From NCBI GenBank assembly GCA_963803435.1, contig CAWDML010000014.1, positions 192,001 to 256,000 on the forward strand: 64,000 nt of DNA. The letters are read 5' to 3'. The notes beneath the pieces were generated by a model. That model searched no databases. It was not told the DNA's origin and saw only the letters and a program-made list of their open reading frames with translations. The position numbers and the translations under genes are program-made. Positions 9,211-19,337 of the stretch are shown here, piece after piece. This stretch comes from an uncultured delta proteobacterium (GTDB lineage Bacteria; Myxococcota; Kuafuiibacteriia; Kuafuiibacteriales; Kuafuiibacteriaceae). Numbering within the stretch: position 1 is the first letter of the stretch; every line of letters begins with the position of its first letter.

Positions 9211-9236
9211 CACCGGCCCGAGCCCGCCCTAACCGT
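9207..9236 (+). promoter_or_regulatory. Possible sigma70-type promoter
   Basis: Perfect TTGACA, 17 nt spacer, weak -10 (TAACCG), just upstream of ATG 9246. Confidence 0.3.
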
Positions 9237-9245
9237 GGGCGCATC

Positions 9246-9593
9246 ATGCGCGCGCTCGCTCCCCTCCTGCTGCTCGCGATGCTCCTGGCCGTCGCTCCCG
9301 ACGCCTTCGCCGAGCGCGTCTTCGGCGCCACCATCCCCGACGACGTCTCGAAGCTCGACGACACGCGCTACCGGAGCAAGAAGGACTGGGACAAGACGAT
9401 GCGCTCGTTCCGCAACATGTACGACCGCACCAGCGGGGTCGTCTTCCAGCGCATCGCGACCACGCCCAAGGTCCGGAACGCCTACCACATCCAGAACACG
9501 CGCCCGGATCGGCACTGGGACGGGATCAACGTCTACGAGACGGCCGACGGAAAGGTCTTCATCACGGTGCTCCCGGCGGCCCCAAAGAAGTAG
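9246..9593 (+). CDS. Small secreted hypothetical protein
   Basis: Signal peptide MRALAPLLLLAMLLAVAPDAFA; GC3-biased codons. Confidence 0.75.
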   Translation: MRALAPLLLLAMLLAVAPDAFAERVFGATIPDDVSKLDDTRYRSKKDWDKTMRSFRNMYDRTSGVVFQRIATTPKVRNAYHIQNTRPDRHWDGINVYETADGKVFITVLPAAPKK

Positions 9594-9634
9594 ACAACGC
9601 TGAAGATCTCGTGGCAGATATACGCCTGCATCGC

Positions 9635-9706
9635 TGGGGTATCGTCTAATTGGCAGGACGGCAGACTCTGGTTCTGTTAGTCGGGGTTCGAGTCCCTGTA
9701 CCCCAA
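9635..9706 (+). tRNA. tRNA-Gln(CTG)
   Basis: Acceptor stem TGGGGTA/TACCCCA, anticodon arm GCAGA-CTCTGGT-TCTGT, T-loop GTTCGAGTC; CCA not encoded. Confidence 0.95.
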
Positions 9707-9720
9707 TGAGAGAGAAGCAA

Positions 9721-9793
9721 GGCCCCATCGTCTAGCGGTCTAGGACGGCGGCCTCTCACGCCGCAGACCGGAGTTCGAGTCTCCGTGGGGTCA
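9721..9793 (+). tRNA. tRNA-Glu(CTC)
   Basis: Acceptor stem GGCCCCA/TGGGGTC, anticodon arm GCGGC-CTCTCAC-GCCGC, T-loop GTTCGAGTC; CCA not encoded. Confidence 0.95.
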
Positions 9794-9802
9794 TCGCGGA
9801 GC

Positions 9803-9838
9803 AAAGGCCACATCCTTCGGGGTGTGGCCTTTTCTTTT
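9803..9838 (+). terminator. Rho-independent terminator after the tRNA pair
   Basis: AAAGGCCACATCC-TTCG-GGGTGTGGCCTTT followed by TCTTTT. Confidence 0.9.
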
Positions 9839-9859
9839 GGCTGAAGCTACGGGGGGCCC

Positions 9860-10981
9860 ATGAAGCTCCCGAAGCTGCCCATCAAGGTGAACTCGGCCGT
9901 CCTCCTGGTCGCGCTCTGTTTTCTGATCGTCGCCGGCGAGCTCCTCCTCGGAAACGGCGGCTTCGTGGAGATCGAGCCGGGCGAGGTCGCGGTCATCTAC
10001 AACAACACGGGGCTGTCGATCTTCGGGCCGACACAGCGCACCGTGATCGAGCAGGGCGCCCTCACCTTCATCCCGGGCATCCACACCATCGGCGTCCTCG
10101 AGCGCAAGCCGCTGGTCTTCGTGATGGCGAGCGATCCCACCAACGTCCGGGCCGGGAGCTCGGAGAGCCTCGACTTCTCGGAGCCGCTGACCGTGCGCGC
10201 GAACGACGGCTCCAACTTCTTCTTCGACCGGCTCGAGATCCACTACCAGATCAGCCCGGCGGAGGCGGCCAAGGTGATCGAGACCTCGGGCCCGGGCGAC
10301 GGCTATCGGGAGCAGCTGATCGCCACCCACGCCCGCGAGATCCTGCGCGACGAGTTCGGCCGCTACGACTTCCTCGAGATCGCGAACCCCGGCACGTACG
10401 GCGCCGCCACCACCGAGGCCAAGCGCCGCCTCAACGATCGGCTCGCCGAGTACGGCGTCACGGTCACTCAGATCGTCACGCCCAAGCCCAAGTTCGAGGC
10501 GCGCGTGGAGAAGGCCATCGAGGACCGCCAGAATGCGGAGCAAGAAGTGGAGGTCCAGGAGGAGAAGCGCCGCAAGCTGGAGCTGGAGAAGGGCCTCAAG
10601 GTGCAGAGCATCGAGCAGGGCAAGAATGCCGAGTACCAGGCCTTGATCGCCGAGCTGGAGGCCAAGAAGAAGGCCACCTCGAACCACCTGATCTCGGTCA
10701 AGCGCGAGGCGGACAAGTACGCGATCGAGCGGATCGCCGCCGGCGAGGCCTACCGGCAGGAGAAGATCACGCGCGCCAAGGCCAACGAGGTCGCCTACCG
10801 GAAGGAGGCCGAGGGCCTGGTCGCCAAGATCAGCGCAGTCGGCGCGGCCGGCCCCGACGTCCTCAACCGCATCATCGCCGAGAAGGTCTTCCCGCAGCTC
10901 GAGAACGTGAGCGCCACGCCGCTGATCAAGCCGAGCACACCGATCGACATCCGGCACATCCAGGCGGGAGACGACCAATGA
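9860..10981 (+). CDS. SPFH/Band 7 domain protein (HflK/C-like) A
   Basis: N-terminal TM, IEPGEVAV, SPFH core, long AE/K-rich coiled coil. Confidence 0.85.
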   Translation: MKLPKLPIKVNSAVLLVALCFLIVAGELLLGNGGFVEIEPGEVAVIYNNTGLSIFGPTQRTVIEQGALTFIPGIHTIGVLERKPLVFVMASDPTNVRAGSSESLDFSEPLTVRANDGSNFFFDRLEIHYQISPAEAAKVIETSGPGDGYREQLIATHAREILRDEFGRYDFLEIANPGTYGAATTEAKRRLNDRLAEYGVTVTQIVTPKPKFEARVEKAIEDRQNAEQEVEVQEEKRRKLELEKGLKVQSIEQGKNAEYQALIAELEAKKKATSNHLISVKREADKYAIERIAAGEAYRQEKITRAKANEVAYRKEAEGLVAKISAVGAAGPDVLNRIIAEKVFPQLENVSATPLIKPSTPIDIRHIQAGDDQ

Positions 10982-12018
10982 AGCGGATCGTGTACATCCT
11001 CTGCCTGTTCTTCCTGGCGATCTGGCTCTTCCCCAAGTTCTTCCTGGTCCGCATCGAGCCCTGGGAGATCGGTGTCCGGCGCTCGCTGACCGGCGGGATC
11101 GCCGAGGAGGACTTCAGCCTCGGCTACAACTTCAGCATCCCGCTGCTCCACAGCTACTACCGGCTGCCGCGCAAGCTGCTGTATCTCGAGTACAACGAGG
11201 AGAGCACCAAGGCGGAGCAGAAGTCGCTCGAGATCCGCACCAGCGAGAACAACGTCATCTTCGTCGACGTCACGGTGCCGTACCGGATCAAGGAGGGCGA
11301 GGCCTGGAAGATCGTCCGCGAGGGCTTCCTCGACACCTATCGCTTGAAGGTCCAGTCGACGGTCACCGGCATCCTCCGGGAGAAGCTGGCCGAGATGAAC
11401 AACGTCGACATCTACAACTCGGAGAAGCGCATCCACCTGGCCGACTCGATCCTCCCCGAGCTCAACTCCGTGCTGGCGCAGTACCATGTGGTGGCCGAGC
11501 GCGTGGTGCTGCGCGCGATCCGCTTCCGGCCCGAGTACGAGCAGAAGCTCCAGGACAAGCAGTACTACGTGGTGCAGGGCCGGCTCGACGAGGCGCTCCG
11601 CAAGGAGTCGGTGGCGGTCCAGAAGACCGAGACGTTCGAGAAGTCGATCGAGAAGGAGGTCGCGCTCAAGCGCGAGGAGTGGAACGAGAAGATCGAGCAG
11701 CTCAAGACCAAGTACGAGCTCGAGATCGCCGATATCGAGGCCGAGGCGGTCCAGTACGATCGGGGCAAGCGGTCGACGGCCGACGCCAGCTTCTCGGCCG
11801 CCGAGGCCGACGGCGATCTCGCCGAGGCGAAGGCGGAGGCGCTGGGCGAGCGGCTGAAGGCGACCGCGCTGGCCAGCCAGGCGGGTCAGACCTACTCGGC
11901 CATCACCGCCGCGCAGAACTTCAAGCTGGGCAAGATCCAGCTGAATTCGAACGACCCCACGTTCCTTCAGCGTTTCGGAAGCATGGCCGCTTGGCGTAAG
12001 TTCTTCACGGGTAAGTGA
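10978..12018 (+). CDS. SPFH/Band 7 domain protein (HflK/C-like) B
   Basis: N-terminal TM, IEPWEIGVR, VDVTVPYRI, coiled-coil C-terminus; ATGA overlap with the upstream gene. Confidence 0.85.
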   Translation: MKRIVYILCLFFLAIWLFPKFFLVRIEPWEIGVRRSLTGGIAEEDFSLGYNFSIPLLHSYYRLPRKLLYLEYNEESTKAEQKSLEIRTSENNVIFVDVTVPYRIKEGEAWKIVREGFLDTYRLKVQSTVTGILREKLAEMNNVDIYNSEKRIHLADSILPELNSVLAQYHVVAERVVLRAIRFRPEYEQKLQDKQYYVVQGRLDEALRKESVAVQKTETFEKSIEKEVALKREEWNEKIEQLKTKYELEIADIEAEAVQYDRGKRSTADASFSAAEADGDLAEAKAEALGERLKATALASQAGQTYSAITAAQNFKLGKIQLNSNDPTFLQRFGSMAAWRKFFTGK

Positions 12019-12734
12019 TGCTGTTGATCCGGGTCATGGTCCTCGCCCTCTTCCTTGTCGGCGCGCTGTTCTCGTGGCGCTGGTGGAAGGCATCGCGCAT
12101 GGTGGCTTCGGGCGGGCTGAGCACCATCGAGGTGTCCCGAATGATGAAGATCGCGGGCAAGTCGAAGCGGATGGAGGCCGCCCTGTTGATGCGGACCCGG
12201 ATCCTGGGTGAAGCGGAGCGATCGAACATGCAGGCGCTCAGCGAGCGCGTCGATCCGGTGCTCCGCAAGCTGGCACGTCAGGTCGAGCTGCGGCAGGACA
12301 TCGCCACCATCCTGTCCGAGCTCGACGAGGACAGCCTGGAGAGGCAGGTGCGAACGGCCGGCGCCGAGCTCACCGCCGCGCGCGACGAGGCAGACCGGAT
12401 CATCGCCGAGACCAAGAAGCAGCAGCTGGAGACGCAGCTCGAGCACTTGCGCGCCCTTCGCGAGCGGCGGCGGGAGCTCGAAGAGGCCGGGGATCGCATC
12501 ATCCGGGAGCTCCAGAACCTGCACCTGGCGCTGGTGAACGCGTCGGCCACGGAGGCCAAGGCGCAGCTCACCAGCGGCGACGTGCAGTCCAGCCTGGCGC
12601 AGCTCGAGGAGGCCTCTGAGGCGCTGAAGCATCGGGCGCAGGCCGAGGACGAGGTGAGCCAGCTCCTCGATCGGGCGCGGCGCGGTGCCGAAGGACAGAG
12701 CCGGTCGGCCACCCTCGAGAAGCTCAAAGATTGA
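12015..12734 (+). CDS. Membrane-anchored coiled-coil protein
   Basis: N-terminal TM followed by heptad-rich helices; GTGA overlap with SPFH B. Confidence 0.75.
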   Translation: MMLLIRVMVLALFLVGALFSWRWWKASRMVASGGLSTIEVSRMMKIAGKSKRMEAALLMRTRILGEAERSNMQALSERVDPVLRKLARQVELRQDIATILSELDEDSLERQVRTAGAELTAARDEADRIIAETKKQQLETQLEHLRALRERRRELEEAGDRIIRELQNLHLALVNASATEAKAQLTSGDVQSSLAQLEEASEALKHRAQAEDEVSQLLDRARRGAEGQSRSATLEKLKD

Positions 12735-14100
12735 GCGCGTGCAGGTCCGTGTAGATCGCCGTGCGCGTGTTGCCGAACCCGAACAGGATCCGGCGCCGCG
12801 CCGGGTCGTAGGCGGCCGCGCACCCGCTTCGCGGCGGGGGCTCGCCGGCAATGTCGACGCGTGTCCACGATTCGAACCCACGGTCGAGATCGAGCGCGTA
12901 AAGGCCGGGCGTCACCGTCATGAGGTCCGGCGTCCCGCCCCACACGAACATCCGATGGCCGATCGGATCGATCGCCGAGCAGGAGTTGCGCCGTCCGGGG
13001 ATCGCGTCGCCCGCGCTCGGCAGCTTCACCCAGCGCAGCGGATCCCCGCCGAGCTCGAGCGCCCAGGCATCGTCGGCGGGATTGACCGGGTTGGCCGCCG
13101 TCGGGTCCTGGCCGCCGCTGAAGATGATCATCCGCTCGTTGGGTTCGTCATAGCCGGAGGCGAAGCCGTAGCGGCCCGAGGGCACGGCACCACCGTCCGC
13201 TTCGACCGCCGGTTCTTCCCAGCTGCCCGACGCGGGATCGAACACGTCCACCCGGCAGTGAAGCGCCGAGTTCGAGATCCCGCAGGCGTAGACGTAGCGA
13301 CCGCTCTTCGAGTCGTAGAGAAAGGCGCCCGCTTCGGAGGCGGCCGGCGGCGCGTTGGTGCTCTCGACCGGCGTGAGCTCGACGATCTCGCCGCCGTAGT
13401 CGAGGCGAAGCATGGTGAACGTCGTGCCGCTCCCCGCCCAACCCGAGAGGCTGTCGACGAACAGCGCCGCCGGCTCGTTCGGGATCGCCGACACCGGACC
13501 GGACTCCAGGATCGGGGTATCGCTGTGCGGGCTCAGCAGGTCCCACTTCGAGGCCTCGGGTAGATACGCCCAGAGATCGTCGAGCGGACCGTTCGGCGAG
13601 ACGCCGCCGTAGATGAGGAGCCGATCCGGATCGTCGATGTCGAACCACATGCTGGCGAACTGCCGCGGCTTGGGCGCCATCATCGTGCCCGAGTCCCAGC
13701 TGGCGACGCTCGACCAGGACAGCGGCGTCAGCGAGACCGGGATCGCGCTCTCCACCCGTTGCTCATCGCACACCGCCGTCACCGCCAGCGTGGGCTCGCC
13801 CGAGGCGGAGTACGGGACACGGACCGAGATCCGCGAAGGATTGGAGTCGTCGAGGCGCCACCCGTCGGGCACGCCCACCTCGATTCGCGCGCCCTCCGGC
13901 GGCGACAAGGTCAGCTCGAGGCGCCCGCCCGGGCTCGCCGTGAGGCTGTCGGGGAGCACGCCGGGCGCGCAGACCGGGGGCGCGGCGTCAGGCTGCTCCT
14001 GGACGCCGGCATCCTCACGCGGGCCGAGGGGATCGACGCCGGTCGCGCAGGCGAGGACGCCGGGAAAGAGCAGGATCGGAGCGATCGAGCGAGAGCGCAT
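12724..14100 (-). CDS. Kelch/beta-propeller lipoprotein
   Basis: Lipobox VLAC; repeated LLIYGG, IIFSGG, MFVWGG, ILFGFG blades. Confidence 0.8.
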   Translation of the reverse strand: MRSRSIAPILLFPGVLACATGVDPLGPREDAGVQEQPDAAPPVCAPGVLPDSLTASPGGRLELTLSPPEGARIEVGVPDGWRLDDSNPSRISVRVPYSASGEPTLAVTAVCDEQRVESAIPVSLTPLSWSSVASWDSGTMMAPKPRQFASMWFDIDDPDRLLIYGGVSPNGPLDDLWAYLPEASKWDLLSPHSDTPILESGPVSAIPNEPAALFVDSLSGWAGSGTTFTMLRLDYGGEIVELTPVESTNAPPAASEAGAFLYDSKSGRYVYACGISNSALHCRVDVFDPASGSWEEPAVEADGGAVPSGRYGFASGYDEPNERMIIFSGGQDPTAANPVNPADDAWALELGGDPLRWVKLPSAGDAIPGRRNSCSAIDPIGHRMFVWGGTPDLMTVTPGLYALDLDRGFESWTRVDIAGEPPPRSGCAAAYDPARRRILFGFGNTRTAIYTDLHALNL

Positions 14101-14205
14101 GGTGCGGGACTCTAGGTCGCGCCGGCGGGCGTCGCTCTGCGGTTCGTGCGGATCCCTCGGCGAATGATGCGGTCAGCGCGCGCGTCGAGGGCTCGGGCGA
14201 CGAGC

Positions 14206-15459
14206 TCACGCGCTCTTCTGCTCCTCTTCGTACGTGAGCAGCGGCGGCTCCTGCTTCTCGATGACCTCCTTGGTGATCCGACACTCCTTCACGCCCGGCA
14301 GGAACGGGACCTCGTACATGATGTCGAGCATCTGGTTCTCGAGGATGGCGCGCATCCCGCGGGCACCGGACTCGCGGCGGATCGCCTCCTTGGCGATGGC
14401 GACCAGCGCGGGCTTGGTGAAGGAGAGCTTCACGTCCTCCAGGTTGAAGAGCTTCTGGTACTGCTTCACCAGCGCGTTCTTCGGCTTCGTGAGGATCGTG
14501 ACCAGATCCTCCTCGGTCAGGTCCTGCAGCGTGGCGATGATCGGGAGGCGGCCCACGAACTCCGGGATCAGGCCGAACTTCACCAGATCGTCGGCTTCGA
14601 CCTGCTCGAGGATCTCCCCAAGACGCCGCTCCTTCTTGTTCTCGATGGTGGCGCCGAAGCCGATGCCGCTCTTGCCCACGCGGCGCCCGATGATCTGATC
14701 GAGGCCGACGAAGGCCCCACCGACGATGAACAGGATGCTGTTGGTGTCGACCTGCACGTACTCCTGCTGCGAGTACTTCTTGGTACCGCGCGGCGCGACG
14801 CTGCACTTCGTACCCTCGAGGATCTTGAGGAGGCCTTGCTGCACCCCCTCCCCGGAGACGTCACGGGTGGCCGAGGGGTGGTCGCCCTTTCGGGCGATCT
14901 TGTCGATCTCGTCGATGTAGACGATGCCCTTCTGGGCGCGCTCGATGTCGTTGTCGGCCGCGGCCAGCAGGTTCTGGATGATGGACTCGACATCCTCGCC
15001 GACGTAGCCCGCCTCGGTCAGGGTGGTGGCGTCGGCGACCGTGAACGGGACCTTCAAGAACTTCGCCAGCGACTGGGCCAAGAGAGTCTTGCCCGTGCCG
15101 GTCGGTCCGATCAGCAGGATGTTGGACTTCTGGATCTCGATCCCGTCCGAGACCTCGCGGAGCCCGATCCGCTTGTAGTGGTTGTAGACGGCCACCGCGA
15201 GGACCTTCTTCGCGTTCTCCTGACCGATGACATACTCGTCGAGGTACGCCTTGATCTCGGTGGGGGGTGGAATGCGCTCCTTGGGACCGAGCGCGCTGTC
15301 CTTCAGCTTTTCCTCGGCGATGATGTCGTTGCAGAGGCGGATGCACTCGTCGCAGATATAGACGGTCGGGCCCGCGATGAGCTTCTTGACCTCGCGCTGG
15401 CTCTTGCCGCAGAAAGAGCAGGAAAGGTTGATGTTGCGACTGTCCCGGCGAGTGCTCAC
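14206..15459 (-). CDS. clpX: ATP-dependent Clp protease ATP-binding subunit ClpX
   Basis: Zn finger [23 protein letters not shown], Walker [29 protein letters not shown] loop. Confidence 0.98.
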   Translation of the reverse strand: MSTRRDSRNINLSCSFCGKSQREVKKLIAGPTVYICDECIRLCNDIIAEEKLKDSALGPKERIPPPTEIKAYLDEYVIGQENAKKVLAVAVYNHYKRIGLREVSDGIEIQKSNILLIGPTGTGKTLLAQSLAKFLKVPFTVADATTLTEAGYVGEDVESIIQNLLAAADNDIERAQKGIVYIDEIDKIARKGDHPSATRDVSGEGVQQGLLKILEGTKCSVAPRGTKKYSQQEYVQVDTNSILFIVGGAFVGLDQIIGRRVGKSGIGFGATIENKKERRLGEILEQVEADDLVKFGLIPEFVGRLPIIATLQDLTEEDLVTILTKPKNALVKQYQKLFNLEDVKLSFTKPALVAIAKEAIRRESGARGMRAILENQMLDIMYEVPFLPGVKECRITKEVIEKQEPPLLTYEEEQKSA

Positions 15460-15546
15460 GCTTCATGCAGGGTAGCGCGCACCGTCGGGGCGCTCAATGT
15501 CGATCCGCCACGACAAATTGACGTCGTCCGAGCGGCGATCCCTCGC

Positions 15547-15575
15547 TTGACAGGCCCAAGCCCGGTTGATAGCAA
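15547..15575 (+). promoter_or_regulatory. Possible sigma70-type promoter for the TPR gene
   Basis: TTGACA-17 nt-TAGCAA in the divergent clpX/TPR intergenic region. Confidence 0.4.
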
Positions 15576-15606
15576 CGCGAAATCCCTGAGGTTTTCGGGA
15601 GGGTTC

Positions 15607-17244
15607 ATGGGTCAAAACCAATCGAAGTCCGCCGCCTCCGACGCGCTCGCCGAGGATGAAGCACCGCAGCGCTCCACATCTTTCGCGCGCTTCCTGCTCG
15701 ACATCGCGATCATCGGCGGCCTGCTCGGCGGCGGGGTCTTCTTCTACAACAAGCACATCACCACCAAGAATGCGGTGCAAAAGCTCTCGTCCGAAGGTCG
15801 AGACCTGATGAAGAAGGACGACCTCGTGAGCCTCAAGGCGGCCGAGGTGAAGTACAAGGAGATCCTGGAGCTCGATCCCGACAACGGGCGCGGCCTCTCG
15901 GGCCTCGGCGAGGTGTACTTCCACATGGCGATGCAGGGCGACGACACGCTCGGCAAGTCGAAGGAGTACATCCAGCGCGCCATCGAGGAGAACGCGGAGA
16001 CCCCCTCCCGCTACGCCGTCCCTGCCTACCTCAAGATCGTCGAGGGCAACGCCGCCGCCGCCGAGGTCGAGGTCAAGCAGCTGCTCGACGACGGCATCGC
16101 CTCGCCGAAGCTCGCCCACGCGTACGGGTGGGCGCTGGCCGAGCAGGGCAAGTACATCGAGGCGAACCGGATCCTCCGCCAGGCGCAGGACACCGACTTC
16201 TCCGCGGTCGCGTTCCGCCTGACCCTGGCCGAAGTCGCGCACCGCCAGGGCCAGGAACGGGCGGCCGTGCGCCACCTGGACGGCGCCACCGCCAGCAACA
16301 TGAATCCGAACCACTACCTGGCGCAGGCGTGGGAGGCGGCCCTCAGGCTCAAGAACTTCGGCAACCTCAGCGATCCGGGCAAGACGATCGAGGAGCTGAA
16401 AGCCGCCGAGAGCGAGGGGAAGCTCAGCAAGAAGGCTGTCGGCTACCTGCGCTGGGCCGAAGGCGAGCTCGCCCTGGCGCTGCTCAACATCGACGGCGCG
16501 CTGGTCAAGGCCGACGAGGCCCTCAAGATCGATCCCAAGTTCCCGCCCTTCGTCGAGTTCAAGGCCCGCGCCCTGACCTTGGGCCGGAAGAAGACCCAGA
16601 AGCACGAAGGCATGGCGCTCTACGAGCAGGTGATCGGGATGAAGCCCGAATACCAGGGCTTCAAGTGGGCCCTCGCCGAGCTGAAGAGCAAGAACAAGGA
16701 CGACGGCGCGCTCGCGCTCATCGACGGCCTCGAGAAGAGCTACCAGGGCACCAAGGGGCCCGAGTTCGAGATTTTTCGGGGCGAGCACTACCTGCGGAAG
16801 GGCGAGCTCGAGAAGGCCAAGGAGCACTTCACCAAGGCCGCCGATCTCGGCGACACCGCGCAGATCCTCTTCGGTCTGGCGAAGGTCACGTTCGAGGAGG
16901 AGAAGGCCAAGGGCAACAAGGCCGACCTCGATCGCGTGGGCGAGGCCTTCCAGCAGGTGGCGGAGAAGCAGAACACGTATCCCGAGCTTCACGAGTACCT
17001 GGGCGAGATCAGCCTGTGGAACTTCGTCGTGGACGCCGCGGCCGCCTCCTATGCCACGGCCGAGCAGCAGTACAAGGCACAGAAGCGGCCGATCCCCGAG
17101 GTCTTCCAGTTCTACGACCGCGTCGTGAAGTCGTTCAATCACGTCAAGGAGAGGAAGATCCGAGGCGCGTGCGCGGCCAAGGCGAAGGAGTGGAAGACCA
17201 AGCAGCAGGACTACATCAGCTCGCTCCTGAGCCAGGAGCAGTGA
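15607..17244 (+). CDS. Membrane-anchored tetratricopeptide-repeat protein
   Basis: RBS GGAGG before ATG 15607; TM helix near residues 18-37; TPR-like repeats (YKEILELDPDN, ALKIDPKF). Confidence 0.82.
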   Translation: MGQNQSKSAASDALAEDEAPQRSTSFARFLLDIAIIGGLLGGGVFFYNKHITTKNAVQKLSSEGRDLMKKDDLVSLKAAEVKYKEILELDPDNGRGLSGLGEVYFHMAMQGDDTLGKSKEYIQRAIEENAETPSRYAVPAYLKIVEGNAAAAEVEVKQLLDDGIASPKLAHAYGWALAEQGKYIEANRILRQAQDTDFSAVAFRLTLAEVAHRQGQERAAVRHLDGATASNMNPNHYLAQAWEAALRLKNFGNLSDPGKTIEELKAAESEGKLSKKAVGYLRWAEGELALALLNIDGALVKADEALKIDPKFPPFVEFKARALTLGRKKTQKHEGMALYEQVIGMKPEYQGFKWALAELKSKNKDDGALALIDGLEKSYQGTKGPEFEIFRGEHYLRKGELEKAKEHFTKAADLGDTAQILFGLAKVTFEEEKAKGNKADLDRVGEAFQQVAEKQNTYPELHEYLGEISLWNFVVDAAAASYATAEQQYKAQKRPIPEVFQFYDRVVKSFNHVKERKIRGACAAKAKEWKTKQQDYISSLLSQEQ

Positions 17245-17681
17245 GAGCTCTCCTGCCCTTCGCGCTCCTGGCGGTCGCCGTGGGCGGCTGCAAGAAGAAG
17301 AGCGACCGCGACCTCATCGACGCGATCCTCGATCAGACCATTCAGGCCGCCAACGACCGGCACGCCGGCGAGGTGGTGGCGCACGCAGCGGACGACTTCA
17401 AGGGTCCGATGGGCGCCGACCTCCACGAGTGCCGCCGGATCCTGACCGGCTACTTCCTCCAGCACGGTTGGGTTCGCGTGTTCGAGCAGAGCCGCACGAT
17501 TGACGTGAAGGACACCTCGGCGACCGTCGCGCTCGAGGTCGTGGTCGCGGTGGGCCGCAAGGTCGAGAAGCTCGAAGATCTGCTCCCCACCGACGGCTCA
17601 CACCTGCGGTTCGACGTCGCGATGGAGAAGCGCGACGGCGAGTGGAGATTCGCGACCGCCAGCTACACCCGGGTGCACTGA
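17241..17681 (+). CDS. Lipoprotein with an NTF2-like fold
   Basis: GTGA overlap; lipobox AVGGC; C-terminal MEKRDGEWRF typical of NTF2-like domains. Confidence 0.7.
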   Translation: MRALLPFALLAVAVGGCKKKSDRDLIDAILDQTIQAANDRHAGEVVAHAADDFKGPMGADLHECRRILTGYFLQHGWVRVFEQSRTIDVKDTSATVALEVVVAVGRKVEKLEDLLPTDGSHLRFDVAMEKRDGEWRFATASYTRVH

Positions 17682-17683
17682 GC

Positions 17684-18520
17684 TCACGAACCCTGCTGCC
17701 GCGCCTCGCGCTCCTTCATGATGCGGATGACCTCGGCCGCGGTCTCTTCGACCGCGCGGCCCGAGGTATCGACGACCGGCCAGGTGGGATGGCGGGCGTA
17801 GAACTCGCGGCACCACCGGAGCTCCCGGGCGATGTTCTCGCGGGCTGCGTACTCGGCGTCGGGTGGAAGGCCGAGCTGCCGCAAGCGCTGGTGACGGACA
17901 CGGACCAGCGAGTTGAGGTCGATGATGAGGGCGTAGATCTTCTCCTGGTCGATCTCGAACAGCTCCTTGGGCGCCGGGATCTCGGGGACCAGTGGGACGT
18001 TCGCTACCCGGTAGCCCTTGTGGGCGAGGTACATCGACAGCGGCGTCTTCGAGGTCCGCGAGAGGCCGATCAGGATCATGTCGGCCCGGTGGAGGTTCTG
18101 AGGTGACTGACCGTCGTCGCTCTTCACCGCGAACTCGACCGCCTCGATCCGCCGGAAGTACTCGGCGTCGAGCTGGTGCTGGATGCCCGGCGTCAACAGC
18201 GGCTGCGCGGCCAGGAACGTGGTCAGCTTCAGGACCAGGCCGCCGATCAGGTCGGCGCACTCGATGTTGAGCTCGCGGGCGGTGTTCTGGATCAGGTCGC
18301 GATGCTCCGGATCGATCACCGTGTAGACGACGAAGGCGTGCTCTCGGTGGGCTCGCTCCATCAGCTCCCGGATCTCGAACTTGGAGCGGACGCGGGTGAA
18401 GGTTTGGCTCTCGACGTCGATCCCGCGGAACTGCGTCAACGCGGCCGTCGCCACCTTCTCCGCCGTCTCCCCGGTACCGTCCGCAAGGATGAACACTTTG
18501 TGTGTTCGGTCCCCCTCCAC
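17684..18520 (-). CDS. ppsR: PEP synthase / pyruvate phosphate dikinase regulatory protein (kinase-pyrophosphorylase)
   Basis: ILADGTGETAE, YFRRIEAVEFAVKSDDG, IGLSRTSKTPLSMYLA, RAVEETA. Confidence 0.93.
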   Translation of the reverse strand: MEGDRTHKVFILADGTGETAEKVATAALTQFRGIDVESQTFTRVRSKFEIRELMERAHREHAFVVYTVIDPEHRDLIQNTARELNIECADLIGGLVLKLTTFLAAQPLLTPGIQHQLDAEYFRRIEAVEFAVKSDDGQSPQNLHRADMILIGLSRTSKTPLSMYLAHKGYRVANVPLVPEIPAPKELFEIDQEKIYALIIDLNSLVRVRHQRLRQLGLPPDAEYAARENIARELRWCREFYARHPTWPVVDTSGRAVEETAAEVIRIMKEREARQQGS

Positions 18521-18593
18521 GATGTGCGTTCCCTCGCTCGGGCGGGGGTGCGGAGTCAAATGGCAAAGCCCATGGTAGAGTCCCGCCGACCTC

Positions 18594-19337
18594 ATGCCCC
18601 GACTCGTGAAACGCCTCCCGCTCGCCCTCCTCGTCGCCGCCTTCGTACTGATGGCGCGCCCCGAGCCCGCCCACGCCCTCTCCGGACTGTATCTGTCGCT
18701 CGGCCTCGGATACGGCACGTTTACGGGCGACCAGTTCGTGGTGCACGAGACCGAAGGGTCCGGCGACATGCCCGACTACGATCCCGATCGCTGCTGCCCC
18801 GGCCCGGGCCTGGCCGCGCAGTTCCGCCTCGGGTTCTCGATCTTCGGCTTTGCCGCGCCCGAGTTCGGGATCCTCGGAGACGGCTGGGGCGTGGGCTCCA
18901 ACGGAACCGGCGGATCCGGCTTTGTGGGCGGCGGCATCCGGCTGTTCCCGATCCACTTTCTGAGCCTGTTCGGGCTCGACGACTCGGGCTTCCCGATCGA
19001 CGGCGGCATCGGCGTCCTGTTCGGCTACGCGATCGCAGGCAAGGACTTCGCGTACACCGGCACGTTCTGGGACGTCGACTTCCACGTCGACTTCAAGCTG
19101 GCCTCGTTCTTCTCGATCGGCGTGAAGCTCGACATCGTGCTCCCGAAGTACGGCGCGTTCGTCTACACCGACTACAAGAACAACCGCGGCCGCTGCTCCG
19201 ACAACGGCACGCAGGACATTCCGGGAGGCGTGCTCGACAAGGGCGACGCCAACTGCACCGGCGACGGTCCCAAGACCACGCTCCTGTCGCCGCAGATCTA
19301 CCTCACGTTCCACTTCGACCCCCTGAGCACCGACTGA
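18594..19337 (+). CDS. Secreted, probable outer-membrane beta-barrel protein
   Basis: Signal peptide ending AHA; amphipathic Gly/aromatic strands; YLTFHF near the C-terminus. Confidence 0.65.
   Translation: MPRLVKRLPLALLVAAFVLMARPEPAHALSGLYLSLGLGYGTFTGDQFVVHETEGSGDMPDYDPDRCCPGPGLAAQFRLGFSIFGFAAPEFGILGDGWGVGSNGTGGSGFVGGGIRLFPIHFLSLFGLDDSGFPIDGGIGVLFGYAIAGKDFAYTGTFWDVDFHVDFKLASFFSIGVKLDIVLPKYGAFVYTDYKNNRGRCSDNGTQDIPGGVLDKGDANCTGDGPKTTLLSPQIYLTFHFDPLSTD

Noticed and set aside
9635-12734. tRNA pair as an integration site for the SPFH operon
   Set aside because: No integrase, no duplicated tRNA 3' end seen, and codon usage matches the host.
14146-15606. N-terminal half of the 1032 aa + strand ORF
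   Set aside because: Antisense shadow of clpX; the real TPR gene starts at ATG 15607 behind an RBS.
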